Source: Eledone cirrhosa
Lineage: Eukaryota
Assembly: GCA_964016885.1 (NCBI GenBank)
Contig: OZ024743.1
Coordinates: 307,024,001-307,088,000, forward strand
Reading direction: 5' to 3'
Length of the DNA: 64,000 bases
This document shows, one piece after another, positions 25,572 to 40,030 of the stretch (within the stretch, counting starts at the first letter, position 1; every line of letters starts with the position of its first letter). A program made the translations under genes and the position numbers. The notes below the pieces were generated by a model that was not told the origin of the DNA, ran no database searches, and was given only the letters and a program-made list of their open reading frames with translations.

Positions 25572-25871
25572 TATATGTATATATATATGTGTGTGTGTGT
25601 CTATATATACACATATATACATAATAAAAATCAGAAAATTAACAAAGAGAAGACAACGTACGAAAACAAGGCAAAACAAAAAAATATTTTCTAAGTGAAA
25701 CCTTTTTTTTTCTGAAAACAAAGACAAAAACAAAAAACACAGAACTCCAAAGTCTCCAGCCGTCAAAATGGACTTTGGCAGTTTCGACCCCCTACCGACG
25801 GTACAGCTGGTCCACTCCGGGTCATAGCGTTAAACACAAACCTGTATCCATCCATCCATCTTTCCATACAT

Positions 25872-27647
25872 ACATTCATGTATGCATACATACATACATA
25901 CAAACATACATACATACAAACATACATACATACATACATACATACATACATACATACATACATACATACATACATACATACATGATGATGACTGCCCCCT
26001 CGTTATCTAGTATGGCCATTGCACGATATAACATTATTTTGCACTGAGCCAATCCCACTCTCCGAGCGACAGTAGTTATAACTCGAAAAGAAGAAAAGAT
26101 CAACATCATCGGTAACTACTGAGTCGCAGGTTATATGTCGGAGTTATCCCAGTTTCCTGAGTTGCCTTCTCCTAGAAGAATGCCCTACCAAAGGATAGGG
26201 GTCCTTCACTCCCAGTGGTTTAACTGCGCGATTGGGTATCCAGACCGATTATTTCTATGTCCCCGTGCATATACATACACATGCATACATGCCATCTCCT
26301 AGAAGAATGCCCTGACAAAGGCTAAGGGCCCTCACTCCCAGTGATTTAACCGCTTGGACCAAAGTATGACTGAACTTGGAATTTGTTGACAAAGCGCGTA
26401 GCTCCCTAATTCATTGACTACAAATGGCTGCGATATATGGCACCTTTATAATTTGCAAAACATTCTTGCGATTCAAGGGATGACAATTTCTTTCCTTTTA
26501 CAACCTTGCCACCAGGAAGGTGGCCGGTCAAAAATGTACTCGAAGTTAAGAGAAAGAGAAACATACATACATATAAACATAGATACATAGATACATTCAT
26601 GTATGCCTACATACATACATACAAACATACATACATACATACACACATACAAACATACATACATGCATACATGCATACATACATACATACAAACATACAT
26701 ACAAACATACATACATACATACAAACATACAAACATACATACATGCATACATACATACATACATACAAACATACATACATACAAACATACATACATACAT
26801 ACATACATACAAACATACATACATACAAACATACATACAAACATACATACATACATACATACACACATACAAACATACATACATGCATACAAACATACAT
26901 ACATACATACAAACATACATACATACAAACATACATACATACATACATACATACAAACATACATACATACATACAAACATACATACATACATACATACAT
27001 ACATACATACATACAAACATACATACATACAAACATACATACATACATACATACATACATACATACAAACATACATACATACATACATACATACATACAT
27101 ACAAACATACATACATACAAACATACATACATACATACGTGCTTATGTTTCTGATGTCCTCACTCAATGAGGAGTCTTCAACCATGGGACTATATATTAT
27201 TGATATGGTTCTGCAAATGTTTATTCATTATTATACCAGCACCGCCATTAGGATTCTACGTGTATCAACATTAAAATACTCAATATTATATTTGCCAGGG
27301 GATTTTACTGAGTCAATTAAGCAGACATATATATATGTATATGTGTATATGTATGTATATAAGTGTAAATATGTATATATGTGTTTATGTATATGTGTAT
27401 ATATGTATGTACATATTCATGCATGTATGCATGTATGCATGTACATATGTAAGTACATATGTATGTATATAAGTATGCATACATGTATATATATATATAT
27501 GTATGCATGCATGAATGTATGTATGTATGTATGTATGTATGTATGTATGTATATATATATATGTGTGTGTGTATGTATGTATGTACATATTTATCTATGT
27601 ATGTATGCACATATGTATATATGTATGCCTATATATATGTATGCATG

Positions 27648-27680
<33 letters not shown>

Positions 27681-27805
27681 ATATGTGCGTGTGTGTGCAT
27701 ATATTATGTACATATGTATGTATATATGTATATGTATGCATGTATACATGTATATATCAATGTATGTGTATATGTATATATGCATGTACGGATGTATGTA
27801 TGTGT
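25872..27805. repeat. (TACA)n/(TATG)n microsatellite blocks with RTE-derived inserts at ~25985-26410; a related piece follows at 27810-27950
   Basis: Direct reading; inserts share TCAACATCAT..GAGTT[GT]CCTTCTCCTAGAA and TTTAGTCGCC motifs with 54010-54620. Confidence 0.8.
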
Positions 27806-28301
27806 GTCCGTTGACTCTCCTGAGTTCCTCCATCCTTTGAAGGGTTTTGTTTTTCATCCCGCAGGGTGACCAAAATCACCCCCACCCCCACCCCCCATCA
27901 AGCAAGCTTGATGGGTTTGTTGGTTTAGTCGCCGACGGCCTGACCAATAAAGTTTTCTTTTTTTTTTGTGGAGCGAGAGACTCCTAGTCTTCATTAAGAC
28001 ATCTCTCTAGGAGAAGGTCACTGATATAAAAATATAAACAACATATATAGTTTCAGTAGAGAAATATTCATATTCATATGAAATAGTCAAGTATCTACGT
28101 GATTTTTTTTATTAAATGACACCATTTCTTTTATTTACTCTCATTAATATTATTATATATATACTGTATATATATATATATATATATTGTTATACTTTGG
28201 GAGGGTCATGTTGCCAATAAGAAACACACGCACCAGTATAACAATATCGGTTTCAACACACGATTTCAGATAAAGAATCTTGCTAAACAAATTCAGAAAC
28301 G

Positions 28302-28364
<63 letters not shown>

Positions 28365-28405
28365 CGTCGATGCTTTTGCAATATATATAAGTATATATAT
28401 ATATA

Positions 28406-28712
28406 TATAAAGAAAAAGATGAAATCGAAAATGCAACTGGAGTCTTATTTTTTTTTTAAATATATATATTTATTTGGTTCCTTTACCGGTTTCGCAGTTC
28501 TTCGCAGATGTGAGAAAAACCACAGACCCTCCATCTCAACTCACCTTTTGAAAAGCAGAAGAACTGCGAAACCGGTAAAGGAACCAAATAAATATATATA
28601 TTTTTAAAAAGAATAAGACTCCAGTTGCATTTTCGATTTCATCTCTTTTTCTTTATACTTTCACTCGTATAGGACACCTCGGTTATTTTTCATTTTGTAA
28701 AAAAAACCTCAC

Positions 28713-28720
<8 letters not shown>
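28406..28720. mobile_element. Fold-back mini element (~97-bp arms) in (TA)n; related copy at 40025-40240
   Basis: 28406-28503 inverted against 28558-28656; contains GCGAAACCGGTAAAGG (hammerhead 3'-half-like). Confidence 0.75.
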
Positions 28721-28781
<61 letters not shown>

Positions 28782-28783
28782 AG

Positions 28784-28835
<52 letters not shown>

Positions 28836-29370
28836 CCTCCCCCTGCATATTAACTCTCTAAAGAGGGAAAATATATCCAACCCCAAACTACCATTTGCCT
28901 CCATCATGGATCAACCAAGCGCTCTTGCCATAATAACACTTTTTGAACTGCTTATGCACAAGAACTATGCCTGTAAATAATATTATTCTTTCTTTCCCAT
29001 TACCTTATCATGTTCCACATCACCCCCTTTTTTTTCTTTTTTCTTTTTACTTGAAAAACCTTGTTTGTAAATATTATTATTCTTTCTTTCCCATTTCCTT
29101 AACATGTTCAGCATCACCTTACCTTCACTCCAACATTTTATACCAATACAAATTACCTAATGCATAAAATGCTGAAACCGGTAATAGACAATTATTAAAT
29201 ATATAAATAAATAAATGAATGCCATTGTTAAATAATAAATAAATTAACTAATACTTTAACACTTCACACAAAGTAAAATATTTTGTTTTAAACATTTTCT
29301 ATCCCAGAAAAAAGAGAAAAAAAATTTTTTTTCTTCCTAATAATTGTCTTTTTCTCCCTATTTACATATA

Positions 29371-29422
<52 letters not shown>

Positions 29423-29424
29423 TA

Positions 29425-29491
<67 letters not shown>

Positions 29492-29675
29492 TTAATTTTG
29501 AAGACAGCATATATATGTGTAGGTATGTATATTCCTTCTGATAGTTTGTAAACATTTTACATAGATCTATAGGATATGCATACCAACACTAACATATATA
29601 TGCTAGAAACGATCGTAAAATGATGAATTTTTTAATATAAGGAACTGTTTCTTTGTTTATTCATTATTTTTATTA

Positions 29676-29706
<31 letters not shown>

Positions 29707-29846
29707 AGAATGAAACAGTTCTAGTCCTGTAGAATCTCATCTATATTAAAACTGTTATACTCTGCTATATATTGAGTACCTTACTTACTGTGGTTACCTC
29801 CGATTCAACCCGGAATAACTTACCTATATATATATATATTATATAA

Positions 29847-30035
29847 TAATTGTTTCTACTTTAGGCACAAGGCCAGCAATTACCCAGTGCATTACTGGTA
29901 CTTTATTTTATCGACCCCGTAAGGATGAAAGGCAAAGTCAACCTCGGCGGGATTTGAACTCAGATCGTAAAGGGACGTAACTATGCTGGAAAGCATGGCG
30001 TCCGACCCTCTACCGATACTACCAATCCACCGCCT
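29847..30035 (-). mobile_element. tRNA-type SINE
   Basis: Same family as 23349-23735. Confidence 0.85.
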
Positions 30036-30484
30036 TATATATATTATATAATAATAATCATATATATTATATAATAATAATAATAAATTTGAAGACTAAA
30101 ATCCAAAGAGGGCTCGATAAAGGATAAATATGTATCAAATATATAAGAACCGTAGAGCAAATATTTATTAAAATAACAGTTTAAATTAAAATTTAGTTTC
30201 AGAAGATCCCGTTAAGGGTGAAAGCAGCGATTCTTTGCTTAAACTTTAATCTGTTTAATAAATATATATATATATAGTTTTGCGAGGTTTTTTATATGAA
30301 ATCGTGTGTTGAAACAAATATTATTATACTTGGGGAGGGTCATATTTGTGTAATATTGCCAGAATTAATAACAGAACACACTCACTGTTTGGTTGGTTTT
30401 CGCTTTTCGCTTCTGTGTCTTTTATATCGGTAATCTAATTTATTCGGTCCTCAATGTTGCCATTGACTGACCGGCGGTCAAAAA

Positions 30485-31765
30485 TAATACAGATACAATA
30501 TAGACACAAACACATATATATAGTTTATCAAAGTTCTTTCGTTGCACATCTGCAACATCGTCAGTGGTGCTATTGTTTCCTCTCGTTACATTGTATGTTT
30601 ACGCCATTTTTATTTAGTCTGTCTATATATTTATTTATTTATTTGTTTGTTTATTTTATTTTGTCTTCTTTGCGCATGCGTTTGCGTGTGTGTATAGTGT
30701 TTTGTTTGATGTGTGTTCGTGATTGGGTGACTGTGTATCGGTTAATGTATTCTATCTTTACTAGTGTGTGTTTATATGTGTTTGTTGTTATTGTGCTTGT
30801 GTATGTATTTATTTATTTATTTATCTATTTATTTATACTTCTCTTAGGTCAGTGTTGTTTGTTTGGGTGTTGTTATTCCATTCATTCTTTCTGTTTAGTC
30901 TTGGCCTTCTAAGTTCTATTTCACTGGCCTCTCTGATTTGCCTATCTGCTGGGTCATTTCTATGTTTAGATATTATTCTAATTTCTATGTTGTCTATGTT
31001 ACCGTCGTGTTGTTGCCTGGCATGTTCGTATAGTACTGACCCGTTTTTTCGTCCTTTTAGTTCCCCCCAGTGTTGGTCTATCCTTTCACCTATGCTACGA
31101 GCTGTCTCGCCTATGTATGTTGTTGTCATGTTTCTGCAAGTACCCTCTGTACATCTTATGCTATAGACTACGTTTCTAGTTTTACAGTTTATCCGGGGGT
31201 TTACCTTACATATGATACATTTCCTATTAGTACACTGGGTTTTCTTAAAAGGGTAGGTTTTGATGATCAGGGATTTTATGGTGGTTCCTGGCTTTTCTAC
31301 CACCTTAATCTTTAAGTGGGTCTTTCTCAGGGCCTTTCTACACTGGTTAGCTAATTTCCCTCCAGGGGTAGCGTCCACAAACATGACACTCTGGTATCTC
31401 TGGTTGTCGTACCATGAGGTGGCTTTCCCTATCTTATGTCTAGCCCTATCTAAGCTATTCCATGATTTGCTCCTGTATAATGGGCAAATTCCTTTCATGT
31501 CCAGTTCTATGAGGGTCTTATACTTCTCCATGGCTCCTTCGTATACTCTGACTCTGTCTCTTTGGTTGTAGCCAGAGAACTGCATGCGGTTGATGAAGTG
31601 TTGGATGTGTCTTTCCATTTCTGTTGGGTCGCACATGCGGGACACATTCTTCATCACTCGTACCAAATCTGCGATCAGAATATTAAACTTAGCACTACTG
31701 GACATTGCTGAGTTTTTGAGTATCAGGTATTTGGAGGCCATGGGTTTAGCATAGTGTGAGTGGAG
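30485..31765 (-). mobile_element. Penelope-like element (Naiad-type) 3' part with degenerate hammerhead at 30527-30568
   Basis: RT thumb-linker-GIY-YIG ORF; CTGACGA-TGTTGCA GATG TGCAAC-GAAA downstream on the same strand. Confidence 0.8.
30833..31765 (-). CDS. C-terminal portion of PLE ORF (RT thumb, Zn-finger linker, GIY-YIG endonuclease); 5'-truncated
   Basis: HYAKPMAS..SAM, PLYRSKSW, SVMFVDATPGG, KVVEKPG, CTNRKCIIC..C, VVYSIRC, YIGETARSIGER, RQIREA..LNRKNEW. The first ~28 aa of the listed ORF come from an unrelated inverted repeat. Confidence 0.8.
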   Translation of the reverse strand, partial: LHSHYAKPMASKYLILKNSAMSSSAKFNILIADLVRVMKNVSRMCDPTEMERHIQHFINRMQFSGYNQRDRVRVYEGAMEKYKTLIELDMKGICPLYRSKSWNSLDRARHKIGKATSWYDNQRYQSVMFVDATPGGKLANQCRKALRKTHLKIKVVEKPGTTIKSLIIKTYPFKKTQCTNRKCIICKVNPRINCKTRNVVYSIRCTEGTCRNMTTTYIGETARSIGERIDQHWGELKGRKNGSVLYEHARQQHDGNIDNIEIRIISKHRNDPADRQIREASEIELRRPRLNRKNEWNNNTQTNNTDLREV

Positions 31766-33400
31766 AATTATATTACGATTTGGAAATATAATTATAAGCA
31801 ATATAACTTTAAAACAATATAACTTTAAAAATATTATAGAATATTTCAAGTTATAATTTTAAAATAATAATATGTTAATAAATTTAGTATAAAATTTTCT
31901 ACGTATATTTAACTTAATTTTATATCCATAAGAGAGAGAAAAAGAAACTTTTTTAAAGTTATATTGTTTTATATTGTTAAAGTTATATTTTTAAAGTTAT
32001 ATTGTTTTAAAGTTATATTGCTTATAATTATATTTCCAACTCGTAATATAATTCTTTCGTATTTTATGTACTTCAATTATAATATGTACTGTATTTATAT
32101 ATATTTATCTCTCTATATGTGTGCATATATATATATATATATGTGTGTATTGATATACATGTACATATATTTATGTGTGTATATGTATCTGTATGTATAT
32201 ATATATGTGATGCATATCTACCTATTTGTGTGGGTACGTCTATGTATGTATATGTGGGAATTGTGTATATATATATGTGTGAATATGCATACAGTTCGAT
32301 TACACTTATTTATAAGGATTATCCTAAGGTTCGTGACAAATAAACATATATAATAACAGTCATAACTACATAACAGGTAATCTTATTAAATATAAAACTT
32401 ATATAAAAAAAATTTGTATAATAACATAAAGTGTGTATAACATAAAATTTCCTTTAATATCTTAACAATTGTAACAGTTATATAACTAAATAACGTAATT
32501 TTCCTTCACGCTGCTTTGATATTACATAGAAATGATTTTCTCTGATTTTATAAGATTCCTATATCTTAAATTAAAAAATCCTTTATATTTTGTATGTATA
32601 TATTATATACGTAGATTTTTGTATGTATATATTATATACGTAGATAGATATGTATATATGTTTATACGTGTGTATATATATTTATATCTATGTATATTTG
32701 CGTGTGTATATGTGTTATATTCTTCTAATAATATATAGATTTTTAATAATATATAGTTTAATAATAATATATAGATTTCTTAATATATAGATCTCAATTT
32801 TTAATGTATTGATCTCAATATTTTAATTGATTAACTAAACATTTAATCATATTTAAACAATGGTTAAAATTCTCATATTATATATGTATCTTCCATTCAT
32901 GATTATTTACATTTCTAATTTTATTTATTCATTTCATCTCAAATATTAAGATAACTCAATAACCTATCACTTAGAGCTTTCGCTCTCTCTCCTTTCTCTT
33001 TCTCCAGTCTCTCTCTCTTTTCTTTTTTTTTCTTTCTTTTTTCTCTCTCTTGTTCTTCTCTCGGCTTATTTAAACATATCCAATACTAACTTACATAATA
33101 GTGTAATTAAAGATATAACTCCACTATCCTGGAGCTTCCAACAGTAATAGTTGCATTCTTTAAGGGTATGTCAATATTTATTTATAAAACTGCTCTATAT
33201 TATATTTTATCTGATGAAAGCACACCATAATTTAACTTGGTGTCCTTGAAATATGTATAATGAAATAAATATGGTTTTATAAATATAGTTTCCATTTGTT
33301 AATATCGTATTTTTACTCCAATTATTTGTTGAGTGATTTATATCAGTTATAAAAATATTTGCTTGTTGTATCCCAACAATTTAAATAGAACTTTTACATA
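31766..33400 (+). mobile_element. AT-rich Penelope 3'UTR/pLTR fragment with 5' inversion
   Basis: 31766-31845 inverted against ~31985-32060; 3' end matches the 2337-2505 family and carries a hammerhead. Confidence 0.6.
33205..33265 (+). ncRNA. Type I hammerhead ribozyme motif
   Basis: TTTTAT-CTGATGA-AAGCACACCA..TGGTGTCCTT-GAAA-TATGTA-TA-ATGAAA. Confidence 0.75.
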
Positions 33401-33424
33401 TATATATATGTATATTTATATGTA

Positions 33425-33522
<98 letters not shown>

Positions 33523-33707
33523 AAGGTATGTCCATAGAATCATTTGATAAGATATATATACCATCTCATGTGATTATGCAGATTGGGAGAGGAGATGGTG
33601 TATATATCTTATCAAATGATTCTATGGACATACCTTATTGTATATTGCTCTGATTGTTGATTATTTAATTAATTAATTCGTCATTGAGCCACATCGTGAA
33701 TGGTTGC

Positions 33708-33754
<47 letters not shown>

Positions 33755-34466
33755 CTTTGTCTAGTTTGTGTATATGTAAATCTTTATATTTGATAATCTC
33801 TCATAAGGTTGAGATGCAATTTAGGCAATATTAGGCTGCGCTTTCTAGCAACCAGCCTACTCGCCGTAAGGCACCAATCACATTCTTTCTGACTTGACCA
33901 CTGCCACGTCACAGTTCTTAGCCATTTTGAATTCGTTTCTGGTGGGGATCATTTAAGAAAAATCTTCGTCCAAGTGAGTTTGTTTCTTGATGATTTCGAA
34001 GCTCGTGAATTTATCCTTGATCGGATATTTCCAAAAGCGAATGAAACTCCATGGGGTAGAAACGTAATCTTGGTATGTTTATATACATTTTTTTCTTCTA
34101 ACTTTAATTTTATACCTAATTGTGTATGGTTGACGATATATTTAATCAATTTCCACGTGCTATTGAAATGCTGGGTAAATATTCTATAGCTGTAAATATT
34201 CTTTATCTATTATTTCTTCATAGGTGCATTTTAATCTTATAGCCTGGTTTAATTGGTTTTTTGTGTGGTTTGATTATGCAGATTGGGAGAGGAGATGGTG
34301 TATATATTTATCAAATGATTCTATGGACATACCTTATTGTATATTGCTCTGATTGTTGATTATTTAATTAATTAATTCGTCATTGAGCCACATCGTGAAT
34401 GGTTGCCAAAAACATATATATATATCTATGACTTTGTCTAGTTTGTGTATATATAAATCTTTATAT

Positions 34467-34511
<45 letters not shown>

Positions 34512-34515
<4 letters not shown>

Positions 34516-35705
34516 ACAAAAAAATGAAGGAATTGATAAGATCTGAATATATTCGGAGAGAAAGGGGCGTATTAAAGTCACATCTGAACAGTAGGAATGA
34601 CATAAGTGCAATAAATTCCCGAGCTGTGACTATTATTAGGTACAGTGCGGGAATTCTGAGATGGAATGTTGCTGAACAAAAAGAAATGGATAGGAAGACT
34701 AGGAAGCTATTGACTATCTACAACATGTTCCACAAGAGGAGTGATATCGATAGACTCTACTTAAGGAGATCTGAAGGTGGAAGTGATCTTATCAGCATAA
34801 AGGACTGTGTTCAGATGGAGAAAAACAACCTACACAAATACGTGACTGATAGTAAGGAGCCAATGCTCAGAATTGTACTGAAGGAGAGGACAATAGACCA
34901 GAGGATGTCCAAGGAGGAAATAACAACAAGGAGAAAGAGCAGCTTTCATGAAAAATCCCTTCATAGTACCTTCTTTGAGAAAACTGAATTCAGAGATCCA
35001 CAGACATGGAACTGGTTGAAAAGAGGAGACCTTAAAAATGCTACAGAAGGAATGCTAATGGCTGCGCAAGAGCAGGCCCTCAAAACGAAGTGGTTGAAAC
35101 ACCATATTTACAAGGAGGAGGCTAGTCCACTGTGCAGGATCTGTGGAGAGAGAGAGGAGACTGTGGCTCACATTCTATCCGAGTGTAAACACCTAGCCCA
35201 GACTCACTATAAGGGCTGGAGACATGATGTGATGGGCAGGGTGATCCACTGGCACCTATGCAAAGTAAACAATTTACCACATTCTGAGAAGTGGTATGAG
35301 CATAAGCCAGAGTCGGTGATAGAAAACGATCAGGTGAAGGTGCTGTGGGATTTTAGGATACAGACGGACAAGAAACTGGAACACAATAGACCTAACCTGG
35401 TGGTTTTGGACAAGGAAAAAAGATCGTGCCTGATTGTGGATGTGGCCTGCCCATTCGACACGAGAGTGCAAAAGAAGGAGAGGGAGAAAATTAACCGATA
35501 CCAGGACTTAAAGTGGGAGGTAAAAAGGATTTGGAACTGCCATGAAGTCAAAGTGGTCCCGATTGTCATAGGCGCACTAGGTACTATCTCAAAAAGTTTC
35601 CAGGGATGGTTAAAGAAAATTGGCCCCGCCACGCTTTTTGGAACGCTTCAAAAGGCATACTTGCTGGGAACAGCAAGAACCCTCCGATACGTCCTGAATA
35701 TCTGA
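34512..35705 (+). CDS. R4/Dong ORF 3' part (CCHC + RLE; PD->PN substitution)
   Basis: MDRKTRKLL, RLYLRRSEGG, CRICGEREETVAHILSEC, RHD, LWDFRIQTD, RPNLVV, VDVACP, KINRYQDL, VVPIVIGALG. Confidence 0.88.
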
Positions 35706-35782
35706 GGCTGCAGGTAGTGGCTTGATATTCATTTCAACAAACTTTCCAGTTAACTAACATCAATGACTGAGACTCAAAGAAC
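34512..35782 (+). mobile_element. R4-clade (Dong/Rex6-like) LINE, 5'-truncated, inserted in (TAA)n
   Basis: RT C-terminus + CCHC + restriction-like endonuclease; (TAA)n at 34470-34512 and 35783-35820. Confidence 0.9.
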
Positions 35783-35822
<40 letters not shown>

Positions 35823-36114
35823 TTGAAGACTAAAATCCAAAGAGGGCTCGATAAGGATAAATATATATCAAATATATAAGAACCGTAGAGCAGCGATTCT
35901 TTGCTTAAACTTTAATCTGTTATTTTAATAAATAAATAAATATATATATGAATAAAGTGGTCCTTCATCAGTGATCTTCCAACCATCATCGGTATTTCTT
36001 CGCTTTAAAGACCATATACCTCCGGTTGGTGCGAGCAACGGCTAAAGAAAGTCGTTGGGACACGTAAATAAAGGGAACAGCGAGAGTGTAAACAAACAAA
36101 GATGGTGAAGCAAC

Positions 36115-36169
<55 letters not shown>

Positions 36170-36175
<6 letters not shown>

Positions 36176-37385
36176 AATAAAATAGCAAGGACGATTGGTT
36201 ACTCCTTCATTACGTTTATTGGTTGGTGACGTGCGTTTCGCCACTGATCAGCTCAAGGTTCGATCTGTATCGATCTAGCCCGACTCTGTTATCCGCGGCT
36301 CGTCAGACCCCTTAAAAAGGTAGTGTGAAATGAATATACATGCCGTATGAGAAAGTCTGATGTTCCTATGGTGGTCAGTGAAGTTTGTTTTGATCGGTGG
36401 GTTGATTCATAGGGATGTTTTTGCCTGTAGTGTATGTGTATGGGGGGGGTGATAAGTTGGTGGTGCCGGGCGTAGGTGAAGTGGGGAGGTGCTGTAGGGG
36501 TGCTGATTGTCGCTAAACAGCTTGGCACATAGACGTGGATGACTTTTTGTGTGGTGTGGGTGTGGTGGTGTTGCGGTTTGTGATAAGGATGAAAGGTTGC
36601 TGTGTTTAGGGTGGGTGTTATGTATGGTAGTGGATTGTTAAGGGGGCCCATGTTATAAGAAGTTAATGATCAGAGTGTATGTAAAAGCATATAGATACAT
36701 ATATATATAGGCAGCCAGACAAACATATATACATACACATGTGCATATATATAGCCAGTGGGGATACGTGGTGTGGGCGGGTGCACAAACATACGTACAC
36801 ACAGACACATACATGCGGTGTTTAGGGTGGCATGTTAGGTGTGGTATGTATTGGTCATGTTGATGGTTGTGGATGTATGGCGATGTGTTTGGTGGTGGTG
36901 GTGGTGGTGGGGGTGATGAGTGCGACATGATATTTACAGGATCGAATGTTACAATGGGTTACAAGTTAAAAACTGACAGAGACAACACAGAGACAACAAT
37001 GGTACTGAAATGAGAGTTGGTGTGGTAAGGTATTGGTCATTATCCCTATGTTGAGTTCGAGCTAGGATTTGTCCTTGGCACATGGCCGAATGTCTGGGCG
37101 GAGAAGGTGTTGGTGATGTTGATGGTTGTGGATGTATGGCTATGTGTTTGGTGGGGGGGGGGGGGTGATGAGAGCGACATGATATTTACAAGATCGGATC
37201 TTAAAATGGGTTACATGTTAGAGAAGACAATGGTACTGAGATGAGGGACGATGTAGTAACGCAAAGGTGTCGGCTAGATCGATACAGATCGAACCCTGGG
37301 CTGATCAGTGGCGAAACGCGCGTCACCAACCAATAAACGTAATGAAGAAGTAATCAATCGTCCTTGTTATTTTATTTCACTATAA
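36170..37385 (-). mobile_element. PLE-like 3' region with hammerhead (36225-36309) and an inverted terminal pLTR copy (37270-37385)
   Basis: GGT-CTGACGA-GCCGC..GTGGC-GAAAC GCAC GTC-ACC; the two ends are inverted copies; another fragment at 43215-43305. Confidence 0.7.
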
Positions 37386-37494
37386 TAAACTCTGTATAGC
37401 TCTACACCTCGACACTGAAGTGAACCTAAACATCGAGTGCTCACCCGGGTGAACCTACAGTAATTCCAAGTTACACTCCTTGGATATATATATA

Positions 37495-37577
<83 letters not shown>

Positions 37578-37579
<2 letters not shown>

Positions 37580-37778
37580 CGAAGTAAATGTAGTAAGGAA
37601 CCAGGTGGACCATAACGCACCAAAGTACTCAATACTTAGGGTAGTAGAGTGGGTAATAGGAACCAGTAAGACCCCGACGGCTGAGCTCAAGCCGTTTCGA
37701 CGGCTAATTCTGGACTAAATTTAGTCCAGAATTAGCCGTCGAAACGGCTTGAGCTCAGCCGTCGAGGTCTTACTGGTT

Positions 37779-37783
<5 letters not shown>
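37578..37783. mobile_element. Fold-back mini element of the GCCGTC family (64-bp arms, no loop)
   Basis: Palindrome centred at 37719/37720 with one mismatch; relatives at 24970-25080, 39760-39953, 40750-40940, 57261-57431 and 57733-57840. Confidence 0.8.
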
Positions 37784-37861
<78 letters not shown>

Positions 37862-38151
37862 TATATATATATATATATATATAGTATATATTAAAAAAAC
37901 CTTCCAAATTTCCCAACTGTCTGCTGCGTCTCTCTTCTATCATCGTTCATTTGACCGTACCTTCAAATTAGGAATTGGTCAATTGGGTCAGTAGTATCCT
38001 GCTGGAATCTTCAGTGTCCTGTTTTACACCAGAGAGTGGCGAAGGGGTTAGAATGTCGCACAGTTTCCCTGCAATCTTATTAGTTTGACTTAGAGGTGGC
38101 AATATGGCAGCTTTCTCATTAGTAATGAATAAATAAATTGAACGATACAGC

Positions 38152-38656
<505 letters not shown>

Positions 38657-38757
38657 CAAAGACAGAAAGAGAGAAAGAGAGAGAGTGAGAGAGAGAGAGG
38701 GTAGATAGATAGGTCGATAGGTAGATAGATAGATGTGCATGTGTGTATGGATATATG

Positions 38758-38800
<43 letters not shown>

Positions 38801-38933
38801 ATACATATTAGAAAGTTCACTTCCTGGCTTCATTGTTGATTTCACCTAGTGTTTCGTGTATAAATTATATATGTAAATTATATATGTATAGATGTATGTA
38901 TGCATACGTCAATGTATATATATAGAGAGAGAG

Positions 38934-39250
38934 GGTGGTGGTTGTTGGGGAGCTGGTGGTGGTGGTTGTAGTGGTGGTGGTGGTGGTGGTGGTGGTGGTG
39001 GTGGTGGTGGTGGTGGTGATGGTGGTGGTGGTTGTAGTGGTAGTGGTTAGGGTGGTGGTGGTGGTGGTTTTGGTAGTGGAGGTGGTGGTGGTGGTGGTGG
39101 TGGTGGTGGTGATGGTTGTGTTGGTGGTGGTGGTGGTGGTGGTGGTGGTGGTGGTGGTGGTGATTGTGGGGTGGAGGGCAGTGGCGCTGGCAGTGGTGGT
39201 GCTGGTGGATTTGGTGGTGACAATGGTGGTGGTAGTAGTAGTTGTGGTAG
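38934..39250. repeat. (GTG)n degenerate microsatellite
   Basis: Direct reading. Confidence 0.9.
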
Positions 39251-39951
39251 TGTGTGCTCATCAGGCTGTTGATAATATAGAAATATTTAAGAAAAGTATT
39301 TTCTTATTAAGGGAATATCCACGTGACAACCGAAAAACTTTTGACCCAATCAAGTAGCTTGATCTCTGCCTTTTCTCTGAGAATTGTTGAAATGGTTAGC
39401 TATTGCCTAATTAGATAAAAACTGACTGAATAATTACAACGAGATTACTCGTCTCATTATACTTCAATGGTCAAATAACGCTGGCCTTTTTCACACAAAA
39501 CGAGAAACCTTTAATTCTCTTCTCCATACGTCACACAAAGTTATCTCCCTTTGCTGAACTATATTGAACTGATTTTTTTTTATTTTTATGTTTTCTTAGT
39601 TTTTTTTGTTTATTGTTTGTTTGTTTTGTTTTTACATAAGGCTCTTGTATTTTGCAAATACAAGATCATTGTATAATATTTGTTCAGTTTGGACCGGTTA
39701 CATTGGTTAAATCTAACAGGAGCAGAAAAGATTTCACACACACAAATATATATATATATATAGGAAAAAGTTTAACCCGGCGGAAGAGCTCAACCCGTTT
39801 CGACGGCTATTTCTGGACTGAAATAGCCGTCGAAACGGCTTGAGCTCTGCCGTCGGAGTTAAACTTTTTCCTATTACCCACTCTACTACCCTAAGTATTG
39901 AGTACTCTGGTGCGTTATGGTCCATCTGGTTCCTTACCACACCTCCTTCGT

Positions 39952-40030
<79 letters not shown>

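Noticed and set aside
26473-27869. Long YI/MYVC/HTYI ORFs (also at 38 kb and 55 kb)
   Set aside because: Translations of (TA)n and (TACA)n microsatellites.
29150-29625. GAAACCGGTA (~29174) and GAAACGATCGTA (~29606) hammerhead 3' halves
   Set aside because: The CTGANGA core is missing or too degraded to call.
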